Source: Methanobacteriota archaeon
GTDB taxonomy: Archaea; Thermoplasmatota; Poseidoniia; Poseidoniales; Poseidoniaceae
Direction: 5' to 3'
Assembly: GCA_018650165.1 (NCBI GenBank)
Contig: JABIGM010000057.1
Location: 1-42,540 of the forward strand
DNA length: 42,540 nucleotides
Shown in pieces: positions 24,785 through 33,585 of the stretch. Position 1 is the stretch's first letter. Each line of letters starts with the position of its first letter. The notes beneath the pieces were generated by a model. The model made no database searches. It was not told where the DNA came from and saw only the letters and a program-made list of their open reading frames with translations. The position numbers were made by a program, and so were the translations under genes.

Positions 24785-26149
24785 TCAGTACAGATAGAAT
24801 GCTGGGAAGATGGCCACCCAAGCCAAATCCACGAAGTGCCAATACAAACCGAAGTATTCGATTCCACGACCATTATTTTCATCATAGCCCACAGTATCAG
24901 CCTTGAATACCATGAATAGCATAACTAGTAGCCCAATGAATACGTGGAGCCCGTGAGCACCAGTTGCCACATAGAAGATAGAACCGGCTTGACTATCAAT
25001 GGTAAATCCTTCAGCGATTAGATGGCTCCATTCAACCAATTTCAAGACTATGAACAGTGAACCTAGTGCAATAGTAATCAGTAGGTAATTGCGAACAGCT
25101 TTCTTTCTTGAAGGGAATAGTTTTGCTAACAGAGCATTCTTCGAAGGCTCCCAATTTACATTCTTAGCAGTCTTAAGGGCAAGCACGATTGTGTATGAAG
25201 ATATAATCAGAGCAAAAGTATTGATTGCTCCGGGTAGTAAAGTCATAATGTCACCACGAAGTAAATCCGAAGCAGTAGTTGTGTCTACATCACTACACTT
25301 TCCAGCATCTACTGCCCATTGAGTACACCATCCTGTTCTCATTCTTAGGTAAGATGAGAAGAAGGATGCGAAGACCATCATCTCAGAGATAAGGAAAATC
25401 CACATTCCGGCTTTACGAATATCTTGGCCTTCAAATGGATGCGATGTGGCTACTTGTTCAGGGTGTCCTTTCAGATCCTCATTCCACCAGTTACCAATTC
25501 CCATTATCAAAAGAATTGTACCAAATCCAGATAATGCAAATCCAGACAAATCAGCATCATAATCCAAACCTAACCATGCTTTGCAGGTCGTAACAAATCC
25601 AGGGAATCCCATCATGAAGAATAAAATTCCACCAGCCATCATAATCGGTGAGGCTGAACCATGATGTTCTTCGTGGTCATCACCATGGTGTTCTTCTTCA
25701 TCAGGCTTGATACTATTGAAGAATCCAGCAACGCCATAAAATGCAGCGTAAACGATGAACATTACCATAATTGTCTTTCCTGCAGTACTCCAAGTTAGGT
25801 ATGATAGATGCGCATCTACTTGATGATGATGCGCATCATCAGCGACTTGAGTTGCTTCGTCTGATGCAGCTTTAGATTCTAGGTACTCCTCATACAAGGC
25901 ACCCTCTTCTTGGCTACCATTATTTTCCCAGCGACTTTCTGCGAATTTGAATTCTTCTAGTGCCAAATCAGCAGCATTCTTTGCAGCCTCGTATTCCTCA
26001 TTCGCATCATCCCAATCTTGATGCATCATCGAGCCTATTCCTCCGGCCATTACACCGTATGCAAGGACACCAACAACTAGTAGGCCAACTGCAATTACAA
26101 CAGTTCTCATCCAGATGCTATTCTTAACATCGTGCAAGCTTCCGCTCAT
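24785..26149 (-). CDS. coxC: Cytochrome c oxidase subunit III with N-terminal extension
   Basis: GMWIFLISE, NTFALIISS, TGAHGLHV, YWHFVDLAW; canonical start (HHGSASP...WWNED) only at about aa 162. Confidence 0.93.
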   Translation of the reverse strand: MSGSLHDVKNSIWMRTVVIAVGLLVVGVLAYGVMAGGIGSMMHQDWDDANEEYEAAKNAADLALEEFKFAESRWENNGSQEEGALYEEYLESKAASDEATQVADDAHHHQVDAHLSYLTWSTAGKTIMVMFIVYAAFYGVAGFFNSIKPDEEEHHGDDHEEHHGSASPIMMAGGILFFMMGFPGFVTTCKAWLGLDYDADLSGFALSGFGTILLIMGIGNWWNEDLKGHPEQVATSHPFEGQDIRKAGMWIFLISEMMVFASFFSSYLRMRTGWCTQWAVDAGKCSDVDTTTASDLLRGDIMTLLPGAINTFALIISSYTIVLALKTAKNVNWEPSKNALLAKLFPSRKKAVRNYLLITIALGSLFIVLKLVEWSHLIAEGFTIDSQAGSIFYVATGAHGLHVFIGLLVMLFMVFKADTVGYDENNGRGIEYFGLYWHFVDLAWVAIFPAFYLY

Positions 26150-28440
26150 GATTTCTCCTCCTTATTCCAAAGATTGCTCATCGTCCTAAACGGAGAACGC
26201 AACATTGATTCTAATTTCGACTCGTGATGAGGAGCGCCTTCGTTAGCATCTTTCTGAATTGGATTAACTGCGAACGATGGAGTCGGAGGAGGGGACGTGA
26301 CTGCCCATTCTAATGACCAACCGCCCCATGGGTCTTTTCCGACCTTTTCGCCCTTCTTTACTGAACGGATAATGTTCCAAACCAATATGAGTTGAGAGAT
26401 TCCGAATATGATTGCAAATATTGAAATCGCCATGTTCAATTCAGCAAACCCTGAATCCGCAGCATAGGTATGGGTTCTTCTTGGCATGCCCATAATTCCA
26501 ACTGCGTGCATTGGCCAGAAGGCCGCATTGTAAGAACAGAATGCAATCAAGAAGTGCCAAAGACCTAGGGTTTCATTCATCTTACGCCCTGTTACCTTCG
26601 GGAACCAATAGTAAATTCCTGAGAATAGTGCAAAGATAATTCCTCCAATGAATACATAGTGGAAGTGGGCAACTACGAAGTATCCGTCGTGGAATTGTGT
26701 GTCAAGTCCAGCAACAGGGAAGAACATCCCCGATAGTCCTCCTAGTGTAAATGTGATCAAGAACCCTAGTGACCAAAGTGTGTGTGTCTTGAATACCAAA
26801 CTTCCACCCCATAAAGTAGCAAGCCAGTTGAAGATCTTAACTCCGGTTGGAATCGCTACAGCCATTGTGGTAATCATGAATGCAGAACGCCATGCTGGAC
26901 TCATACCACTTGTTAGCATATGGTGCCCCCATACAATGAAACCTACTACTCCGATACCGACCATGGCATAAACCATCGAACGATATCCAAAGATAGAACG
27001 CCTTGCACTAGTGGCAAGAACTTCTGATACAATTCCGAATGCGGGAACCACAACCACGTATACCTCAGGGTGTCCGAAGAACCAGAACAAGTGCTGGAAC
27101 AAGAGAGGGTCTCCGCCTGATGTGAAGAAGGTTGTACCGATTGTAGAATCGAATAATAGGAAGAATACTCCTATGACGAATGCAGGCAGGCTAACGTATA
27201 GCATGAATACACTGATTAGAACAGACCAAGTAAATAGTGGCATTCTCATCCATCCAACACCCTTTGCTCTCATGGTAAAAGTCGTGGTAACGAAATTTAC
27301 ACCAGATAACGTAGAGGATGCTCCCAGTAAGGCAATTCCGGATATGAACGAAATCGTCCCGGCATTCGGACCATAGTCAGTACCTAGTCCTGCAAGACTG
27401 GAATATGGCGGATACATAACCCAAGTAATGTCAGCCCCTTCTCCACTCCAAACTCCAGCAAAGATAAGTGGTGCTGCTGCAACAATTATCCAGAAACCTA
27501 ACGCATTGATTCTAGGGAATGCTAGATCCTTTGCGCCTATTTGTAGAGGTAGAATATAGTTCATAAAACCAGCAATCATTGGCATTGCTGCTAAGAAAAT
27601 CATCGTAGTGCCATGTAAAGTAAAGAACGAATTGTATTCTGATTGTGATAAGAAATCGTTCTCTGGTAGTGCTAATTGTATACGGAATAGCAGTGCTAGT
27701 AATCCTCCAACTAAGAAGAAGAAGAACCCGTAAAGGAAGTATAGAATACCAACCATCTTGTGGTCGGTAGTAGTTAGCCATGGTTTGAGATAAGCCCAGA
27801 AGTTTCCTATGGAGAAATTCTCAGGGTTGCGTGTGTAGAACACCCACATACTTCCAACTAAGATTAGACCAAGGGCTAGCCCGATTACAGTCATCAAAAT
27901 AGTCAGAGCGGCAGCACTTGGAGCGGTAGGGTTCGCATTAACTCCGGATACGGTGATTTCTTCACGGTTCCAATCATCAGCATCTGACGCATCGCCATCT
28001 CCATTTACAGCATTACCATAAACGACGAAGTTTGCTACAGCTGTGTCGTCAGCGGGGGCAGTCCATTTGAATGACCAACTTCTTTGACCATTGATTTCAT
28101 TATTATGAGTTAGTCCACCATCCATTTCGGATGCGCCATCAAGCGATTCAAGAGTTCCGACTCCATCTTCAACGAATATTCTGAATCCACCATTTTGGTC
28201 AGGATTATCAATAGGAACCTTTTCATTAGAAATTGTTAATGTGAAAAGGAATTCTTCTGAAGCATTGAATACTTCAGGAAGCCCATCGATAGTAATTACA
28301 GTATCATCGGTCATACCTCCGTGGCACAGGCAGCCGGAAGGTTCTACATTGCCAATTCCATTCTGTCTTGCTTCAAAAGATGACGTGGATGCTAAAGCAA
28401 CCAATAGTAGGGCGAGAATCGCAACGGTTCGTCCTTTCAT
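26146..28440 (-). CDS. coxA: Heme-copper oxidase subunit I, type A1, with N-terminal extracytoplasmic domain
   Basis: TLHGTTM, KDLAFPRIN (D channel), GHPEVY, WGHHM, PTGVKIF (K channel), VAHFHYV; about 220 extra N-terminal residues. Confidence 0.97.
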   Translation of the reverse strand: MKGRTVAILALLLVALASTSSFEARQNGIGNVEPSGCLCHGGMTDDTVITIDGLPEVFNASEEFLFTLTISNEKVPIDNPDQNGGFRIFVEDGVGTLESLDGASEMDGGLTHNNEINGQRSWSFKWTAPADDTAVANFVVYGNAVNGDGDASDADDWNREEITVSGVNANPTAPSAAALTILMTVIGLALGLILVGSMWVFYTRNPENFSIGNFWAYLKPWLTTTDHKMVGILYFLYGFFFFLVGGLLALLFRIQLALPENDFLSQSEYNSFFTLHGTTMIFLAAMPMIAGFMNYILPLQIGAKDLAFPRINALGFWIIVAAAPLIFAGVWSGEGADITWVMYPPYSSLAGLGTDYGPNAGTISFISGIALLGASSTLSGVNFVTTTFTMRAKGVGWMRMPLFTWSVLISVFMLYVSLPAFVIGVFFLLFDSTIGTTFFTSGGDPLLFQHLFWFFGHPEVYVVVVPAFGIVSEVLATSARRSIFGYRSMVYAMVGIGVVGFIVWGHHMLTSGMSPAWRSAFMITTMAVAIPTGVKIFNWLATLWGGSLVFKTHTLWSLGFLITFTLGGLSGMFFPVAGLDTQFHDGYFVVAHFHYVFIGGIIFALFSGIYYWFPKVTGRKMNETLGLWHFLIAFCSYNAAFWPMHAVGIMGMPRRTHTYAADSGFAELNMAISIFAIIFGISQLILVWNIIRSVKKGEKVGKDPWGGWSLEWAVTSPPPTPSFAVNPIQKDANEGAPHHESKLESMLRSPFRTMSNLWNKEEKS

Positions 28441-29450
28441 ACTAATTCCCCTCCATGGTCAAAGTAGACGCCGAAGTCAGCATCGCAAGTCATACCCTCT
28501 CTAGCAACAACTTCGACTTGTCCATTCATGACAGAGTGTTGTTGGCCACAGTATTCTGCACATCGGATTGGGAATACACCTGCATCATTTGGCTGAACAT
28601 ACATCCAAGTTCCACCTTCTAGTCCCGGGACAGCATCTTCCTTCATGCCCCATTCTTGGAGCCAGAAAGCGTGTTGAACGCCTTGGTATACATTTGATTC
28701 ATTGAACTCGGAATCTCTTATCGGATTGTTACTATGTATGTTGAACATTACATTGATGTCGCACGGGATGATTAGATCTCCGCTCAACTTGTGCTCAACT
28801 GGAATGTGCTGCCAGCGATGTAATACATTCCCTTCTGCATCCAAAATATCCACGGATTGGAATATGAATTCGTTGAACAAAACATCCATTGTTGAATTAT
28901 TGGCCAAGTCCAGATTTTCGGAATTTAAACCGTAGGTTACCGCAGCGGTAGTTGCGCCGGACCCAGCATCAATAGAAAGGCCAGTAAAGGCATCCCAGGT
29001 TACGTTATGACCGGTATCCATGTCCTCCCATGTCAAAGCATCTTGGTAATAGAAATCCCAGTACCATTGTAATCCATTTACTTCAACAGTGAAGGTATCT
29101 TCTTCATATTCTGGATCCAACATGTTCTGTACATCTCCCCAAACAATATTCATTGAACCGAAAGCGAGTATTGTAACCCAAATCACTAGAATGGTTGGTC
29201 CAGCGAACCAAACGAGTTCGAGGTTGAAATCATGGCGTTCTTTCGGGAAAGTACCAACCACCAACCGTTCCTCGTCACTTGTGACCATCTTGTCGATTTT
29301 TGGGTCGACGCCTTCACGGTAACGCAGGATTGCAATTAGCAACCATGCAAACGTGAAGAGACCGACTAATATCGACCAAAACATAAATTTGTCATACAGT
29401 ATATTGAACACCGTATATTCGTCTGGCCACAACTCACGGTCAGCGCCCAT
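28437..29450 (-). CDS. coxB: Cytochrome c oxidase subunit II (CuA)
   Basis: Two TM helices with LELVW, QWYW, QHAFW, CAEYCGQQHSVM; ATGA overlap with subunit I. Confidence 0.95.
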   Translation of the reverse strand: MGADRELWPDEYTVFNILYDKFMFWSILVGLFTFAWLLIAILRYREGVDPKIDKMVTSDEERLVVGTFPKERHDFNLELVWFAGPTILVIWVTILAFGSMNIVWGDVQNMLDPEYEEDTFTVEVNGLQWYWDFYYQDALTWEDMDTGHNVTWDAFTGLSIDAGSGATTAAVTYGLNSENLDLANNSTMDVLFNEFIFQSVDILDAEGNVLHRWQHIPVEHKLSGDLIIPCDINVMFNIHSNNPIRDSEFNESNVYQGVQHAFWLQEWGMKEDAVPGLEGGTWMYVQPNDAGVFPIRCAEYCGQQHSVMNGQVEVVAREGMTCDADFGVYFDHGGELV

Positions 29451-29472
29451 AGTTTGAGCGGTTAGACGGCCG

Positions 29473-29478
29473 TATTAA
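29473..29478 (-). promoter_or_regulatory. Putative TATA box (TTAATA) of the cox operon
   Basis: First base 28 nt upstream of the coxB ATG; implies a leaderless or near-leaderless transcript. Confidence 0.55.
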
Positions 29479-29548
29479 TTGATTGCGTATCATTGAGACC
29501 CTCCCGTAGGGAGGTTTGTTGATGTGCTGTCGCTGCATCGGATATTTT

Positions 29549-29857
29549 GTGGGACTTGCTGCTTGTGTCCAAACCACTCTTGATGGTGCAGTTTTAGTTG
29601 AAATTGAAGTTCAACCGGGTTCATCGCGTCAAGGAATTATTGGTTTCAATCAGTGGCGTAGCCGTATCCAGGTAGCGGTTAAAGCAGAAGCAGAAAAAGG
29701 CAAAGCAAATCATGCGGTTTGCAATGTTCTTTCCAAGATATTTTCAGTACCAGTAACAGTAGTTTCTGGACATACTAGTCGGCAGAAAAAAGTCAGTGTA
29801 GAGAGTTTGAGCTCGACTGAAATCATTTCAATAATGGAGGGTTATGTTGAATCGTGA
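29549..29857 (+). CDS. DUF167 / YggU family protein
   Basis: EIEVQPGSSR, VAVKAEAEKGKAN, VSGHTSRQK; GTG 29549 chosen because TTGATG lies 30 nt upstream. Confidence 0.88.
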   Translation: MGLAACVQTTLDGAVLVEIEVQPGSSRQGIIGFNQWRSRIQVAVKAEAEKGKANHAVCNVLSKIFSVPVTVVSGHTSRQKKVSVESLSSTEIISIMEGYVES

Positions 29858-30236
29858 AATTCGATATAATTTGGCAAATAGGGCCTTGGCTTCAGGTATC
29901 GAAGAAAATGCCGAAGGAACGGTGATTCTCGTTGAAGGAAAGCGTGACGAGGCGGCATTACGACTTCTCGGTTTCACTGGGCCGATTGAAAAATTAAACC
30001 GGGGCTGGGCCGTTGACAGAGTCGTAGTGTATATTGTTGAAACCTATGGTTGCTGCATTGTATTGATGGATTGGGATAGAACGGGGGGGCGGCTTCAAAG
30101 AAGACTGATGGATTCTATGTCCAGCCTCGACATCAAACCTTCGGATGAGTTACGAAAGGCTCTCTCTAAAGCTATGAAGCCGGATACAATGTGCGTAGAA
30201 GATTTACCTTCATTCCTCGGGGAGCCTGACTCCTGA
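29844..30236 (+). CDS. Standalone Toprim-domain protein (UPF0292-like)
   Basis: ILVEGKRDEAALR, LMDWDRTGG (DxD). Confidence 0.87.
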   Translation: MLNREIRYNLANRALASGIEENAEGTVILVEGKRDEAALRLLGFTGPIEKLNRGWAVDRVVVYIVETYGCCIVLMDWDRTGGRLQRRLMDSMSSLDIKPSDELRKALSKAMKPDTMCVEDLPSFLGEPDS

Positions 30237-30662
30237 CTCTTTGACAGTGTTTAGAACAACATGTGTATAAGATCGAGTGATTCCCTCAAGGGTAAATACC
30301 GCTTTAGTTAAGTCATCAAGGTCCGCCCTATTCTTTACTCTTGCAAGAACCATAGAATCCCAATCGCCAGTTACATCATAGACACTGAATACCCGATAAT
30401 CTGCTGAGATTTGTCTCTGAACATCCATAATCTTACCTTTCTCAATACAGAGTCCAGCCATTACAGTCATGCCCCACCCCACCGAATCAGCATTAAGCAG
30501 TGGAGCGTAACCCAGTATTGTACCGTCGGCCTCAAGTTTTCTTAAGCGGTTAGTGATTGTGCCTTGAGCCACACCTACAACTTTGGCAAGTTGACGTTGT
30601 GATAGACGAGCGTCTTGGCAAAGCGCTTCAATGATTGCACGATCGGTAGAGTCGACTGCCAT
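30210..30662 (-). CDS. Lrp/AsnC family transcriptional regulator
   Basis: VDSTDRAIIEALCQDARLSQRQLAK..GVAQGTITNRLRKLE HTH; VYDVTGDWD RAM domain. Confidence 0.93.
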   Translation of the reverse strand: MAVDSTDRAIIEALCQDARLSQRQLAKVVGVAQGTITNRLRKLEADGTILGYAPLLNADSVGWGMTVMAGLCIEKGKIMDVQRQISADYRVFSVYDVTGDWDSMVLARVKNRADLDDLTKAVFTLEGITRSYTHVVLNTVKESGVRLPEE

Positions 30663-30684
30663 ATTGGTGAACGATAAGAGATAT

Positions 30685-31824
30685 CTATTCAATTATTCGA
30701 TGTGGGTCTGGTAAATTCAAGTCGAGAATCCATTCTCCGAGAACATCGACTTTCACGGCAAGGCGTAATGACAAATCCCCACTACCGCTTACCCTCAGAG
30801 TCCCTTTGTGGGTTTTACCGCCTGCTAATGTTTCTTTCTTTATTCGGCCATTGGCTCTCCACCCATCGCCCATGGTCAATTCACCAACTTCAACCGAATT
30901 TCCAGTTATCAAATGGTAATCAATCACGTTTTCTTCTGATGACCACGAACCTTCTAAACGCGGTAAACCAATCTCGCGCTTACGTTCTGCCATTACTATA
31001 AATCCAATACAAATTACAACAATAATAAGAAGAATTAACGGAGTTAGAATTGCACTTTGGTCTACCGACTGCCAATATGTAGGCATCTCGGCTCTTTGCA
31101 ATGATAATACGCGATTTGCTGAATCGTTTTCAAAGCCTCCAATCATTACTAACATAATCTCATATTCATTCGAAAAACTAGCATCACCGATCTCAATACC
31201 TGCGCCGTCTAGATGCTCTTTAGTGATGGTTGAATTCCATTGGTTAGTCGTATTATTAGCAAAATAAAACGAAGTAGAAGGGGCCCAATCTCGTACTAAA
31301 TTAGGCACCTCTCGCCCTCTGTTGTCAACCGCATTAGTCTCAACGATGAATATGTGAATTTGTGTTGCGGAATTAAGTGCTTGAGGATTAGTCCATGTCG
31401 CTGTAATATTGAGCAATTCAACTTCAGTAGAACCAATTAATTGAACATTCCAATCTATTTCAATTTCATTTGTATGAACACTTGGCGCAATGTCTGTGAT
31501 ATTTTCAGGAAATCCATCAATTGTTACAGATGGTGTTTCGTTTAGGGCATGGTACATCAAGCGAGATTTAGCATCATCATCAGGTAAACCCCCATTCTCC
31601 TCATCTGCGCCAGTACGCCAATGAAGAAGTGTGATTTCGCCCTCACGGTCCATCTTAGTCAATTCCCGGACAGTTTCATCATCGTCACTGCCATGAAACC
31701 ATTCTACCAATACCGGAGCATCTTTTTGATTTTCATAGTGGGATTCTGCATATATTGTAAGGTCGGAGAGGGCAGTAACTAATGGTAGAAGCAGCAGAGC
31801 TACAAATATCGCAAATCCCCTCAC
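30685..31824 (-). CDS. Secreted/membrane hypothetical protein (degenerate thioredoxin-like domain, one internal TM)
   Basis: Signal peptide; PVLVEWFHG and TPSVTIDG resemble Trx strands without CxxC; TM LTPLILLIIVVICIGFIVM; GTGA overlap with the upstream gene. Confidence 0.65.
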   Translation of the reverse strand: MRGFAIFVALLLLPLVTALSDLTIYAESHYENQKDAPVLVEWFHGSDDDETVRELTKMDREGEITLLHWRTGADEENGGLPDDDAKSRLMYHALNETPSVTIDGFPENITDIAPSVHTNEIEIDWNVQLIGSTEVELLNITATWTNPQALNSATQIHIFIVETNAVDNRGREVPNLVRDWAPSTSFYFANNTTNQWNSTITKEHLDGAGIEIGDASFSNEYEIMLVMIGGFENDSANRVLSLQRAEMPTYWQSVDQSAILTPLILLIIVVICIGFIVMAERKREIGLPRLEGSWSSEENVIDYHLITGNSVEVGELTMGDGWRANGRIKKETLAGGKTHKGTLRVSGSGDLSLRLAVKVDVLGEWILDLNLPDPHRIIE

Positions 31825-33515
31825 TCTTCTTCATCCCCTAGTATTACACCTAATTTCAGCCGGAGAATTTCTTGTTCCTTATCATCAATCATCAACGATA
31901 CTCTTGCAGCGACCCACACCGGGAGTAAATATTCACCGCAACGTAAAATCGCAGAACCTCGTTCAATTGGGACTGGGAATTCTTCAGTAAGAGGAACATC
32001 GCCTCTAATCATCGATAACATGGTCTCCTCATCAATATCTACCAAACCCTTTGTAATGTGAGGGCGGAGTAGTTCTAATGCTTCTTGGCGCGTTCTCCAG
32101 ATTCCTTTGTTATCGGTAAATGCAGGTTGGCCAACATGAATTACCCTTAAGGGATGAAAATCATTACCTGGCCAAAAATCTCCTTTGCTATTTTCTATTT
32201 TGGGATTGTAGAGTTTCTCTAAGGCATTAATCGTTGATAGATTAACGCGTTTACCTCGGTGCCACCATGAAAATAGAGATTCATCAATGCCCCAATGTTC
32301 GCAAATATTAGCGATTACTTCAGGCGGGGCGATATTGGTAGTGTGGCGATTCTTATTCTGCCTCGGTAATTCAACAGGATCGCGATTGAGTTTGCGTTTC
32401 AGAATCATCGATCGAGCAACACCCTCTGGCGTTCTTTCAGCAACATGCTCAAACAGTGCGACAAAAAATCCGCCTGTGTCATTATCATGTTGATGGACTC
32501 GAATTGTTGATGAGAGATTTGGGGCTTCCGTCCCCCTTTGTTTAGGATTCAGCATTTCTTCGGATAGGCCAGGAAGTTTTGGTAACTGCCCACTCCAATC
32601 CACAACGTTCGATTCTTCATCTAGAATTGGCCAATTATCAATTCCTTTGTGATGAATTAGTGATGGAAATAACCTCTCAGCCTCAACCTCAATCAATTCT
32701 AGCCATGGGCACTTTTGCAATATTTCACAAACTACAGCTTCATTTTCGATGGGGTCGAGTGAGCAAGTTGAGTAGACCATTCTCCCGCCCGGGCGTAATA
32801 ATTGGGCGGCACGGAAAGAAATGTCGACTTGCAGTTTGAACAAACTCCGGCCCACGCGCGGGGTCCAAGAGTGCCACAATTCGCGGTTTTTCCTAGTAGT
32901 TGCAGTTCCACTACACGGCGCATCAACAACAATTCCATCGATGCCTGGCGATGGCATTCTTCCTATGTGTCGCCCATCATGTTGCATAATCAACATATTT
33001 TCAATTCCGAGCCTACCTCGGTTTGTTACTAACAAGTTCAACCTTCCAGATGAAGGTTCATTTGCAAGAACCAGCCCTTTTGGTATTGCCTCAGCTAATT
33101 GGGTTGCTTTTGAGCCCGGTGCTGCACAGGTATCCATAACTAAGTCGTCTTCTTCTGGTTCAAGTACAACAGGTGGTAGCATTGAAACAGCCTCCTGTCT
33201 AGTAATCCGGCCAGTTTCATGAAGTACCATCATCAACTTCTTAGTTTCAGGACTGGGGTAATCTCCCTTTGAGAAAGGCATTACCCAAGATTCAGACATT
33301 ACCATCCAAGGAATACGTTGGCCACCAACAGACTCCAATTGACGTCTTGTCCACCCAATATCATGCCTGCGAGGAGTTACTCGTAATGTCACAGGCAGGG
33401 GAGATGAGGCAACAGGTAGCCACTTGCCAACATCTATTCCCAAAGATCTGGACAATCCGGAAAGCGGCGATACAGCCAATTGTTGGATTAACTCCTCATC
33501 GGCGGGCCGCACCAT
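31821..33515 (-). CDS. RsmB/NOP2/NSUN family RNA cytosine-C5 methyltransferase
   Basis: RQEAVSM, DTCAAPGSKATQ, NEPSSGR, DAPCSG (motif IV), YSTCSL..ENE (motif VI). Confidence 0.93.
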   Translation of the reverse strand: MVRPADEELIQQLAVSPLSGLSRSLGIDVGKWLPVASSPLPVTLRVTPRRHDIGWTRRQLESVGGQRIPWMVMSESWVMPFSKGDYPSPETKKLMMVLHETGRITRQEAVSMLPPVVLEPEEDDLVMDTCAAPGSKATQLAEAIPKGLVLANEPSSGRLNLLVTNRGRLGIENMLIMQHDGRHIGRMPSPGIDGIVVDAPCSGTATTRKNRELWHSWTPRVGRSLFKLQVDISFRAAQLLRPGGRMVYSTCSLDPIENEAVVCEILQKCPWLELIEVEAERLFPSLIHHKGIDNWPILDEESNVVDWSGQLPKLPGLSEEMLNPKQRGTEAPNLSSTIRVHQHDNDTGGFFVALFEHVAERTPEGVARSMILKRKLNRDPVELPRQNKNRHTTNIAPPEVIANICEHWGIDESLFSWWHRGKRVNLSTINALEKLYNPKIENSKGDFWPGNDFHPLRVIHVGQPAFTDNKGIWRTRQEALELLRPHITKGLVDIDEETMLSMIRGDVPLTEEFPVPIERGSAILRCGEYLLPVWVAARVSLMIDDKEQEILRLKLGVILGDEEE

Positions 33516-33585
33516 GTTACTGGGTCAGGCCTCTCACACTTGTTGGTTGTGCAAGCCTAATGGGTCAGTTGTATGTGGCGTGGGT

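Noticed and set aside
22427-29450. cox locus as an island integrated at tRNA-Ser
   Set aside because: No integrase, no repeat of the tRNA 3' end, and no evident compositional shift.
29497-29548. GGAGGT plus ATG 29522 as the DUF167 start, and the CCTCCC-GTA-GGGAGG hairpin
   Set aside because: The extension (MCCRCIGYF) is not family-like; a promoter box fits GTG 29549; the 6-bp hairpin alone is weak evidence.
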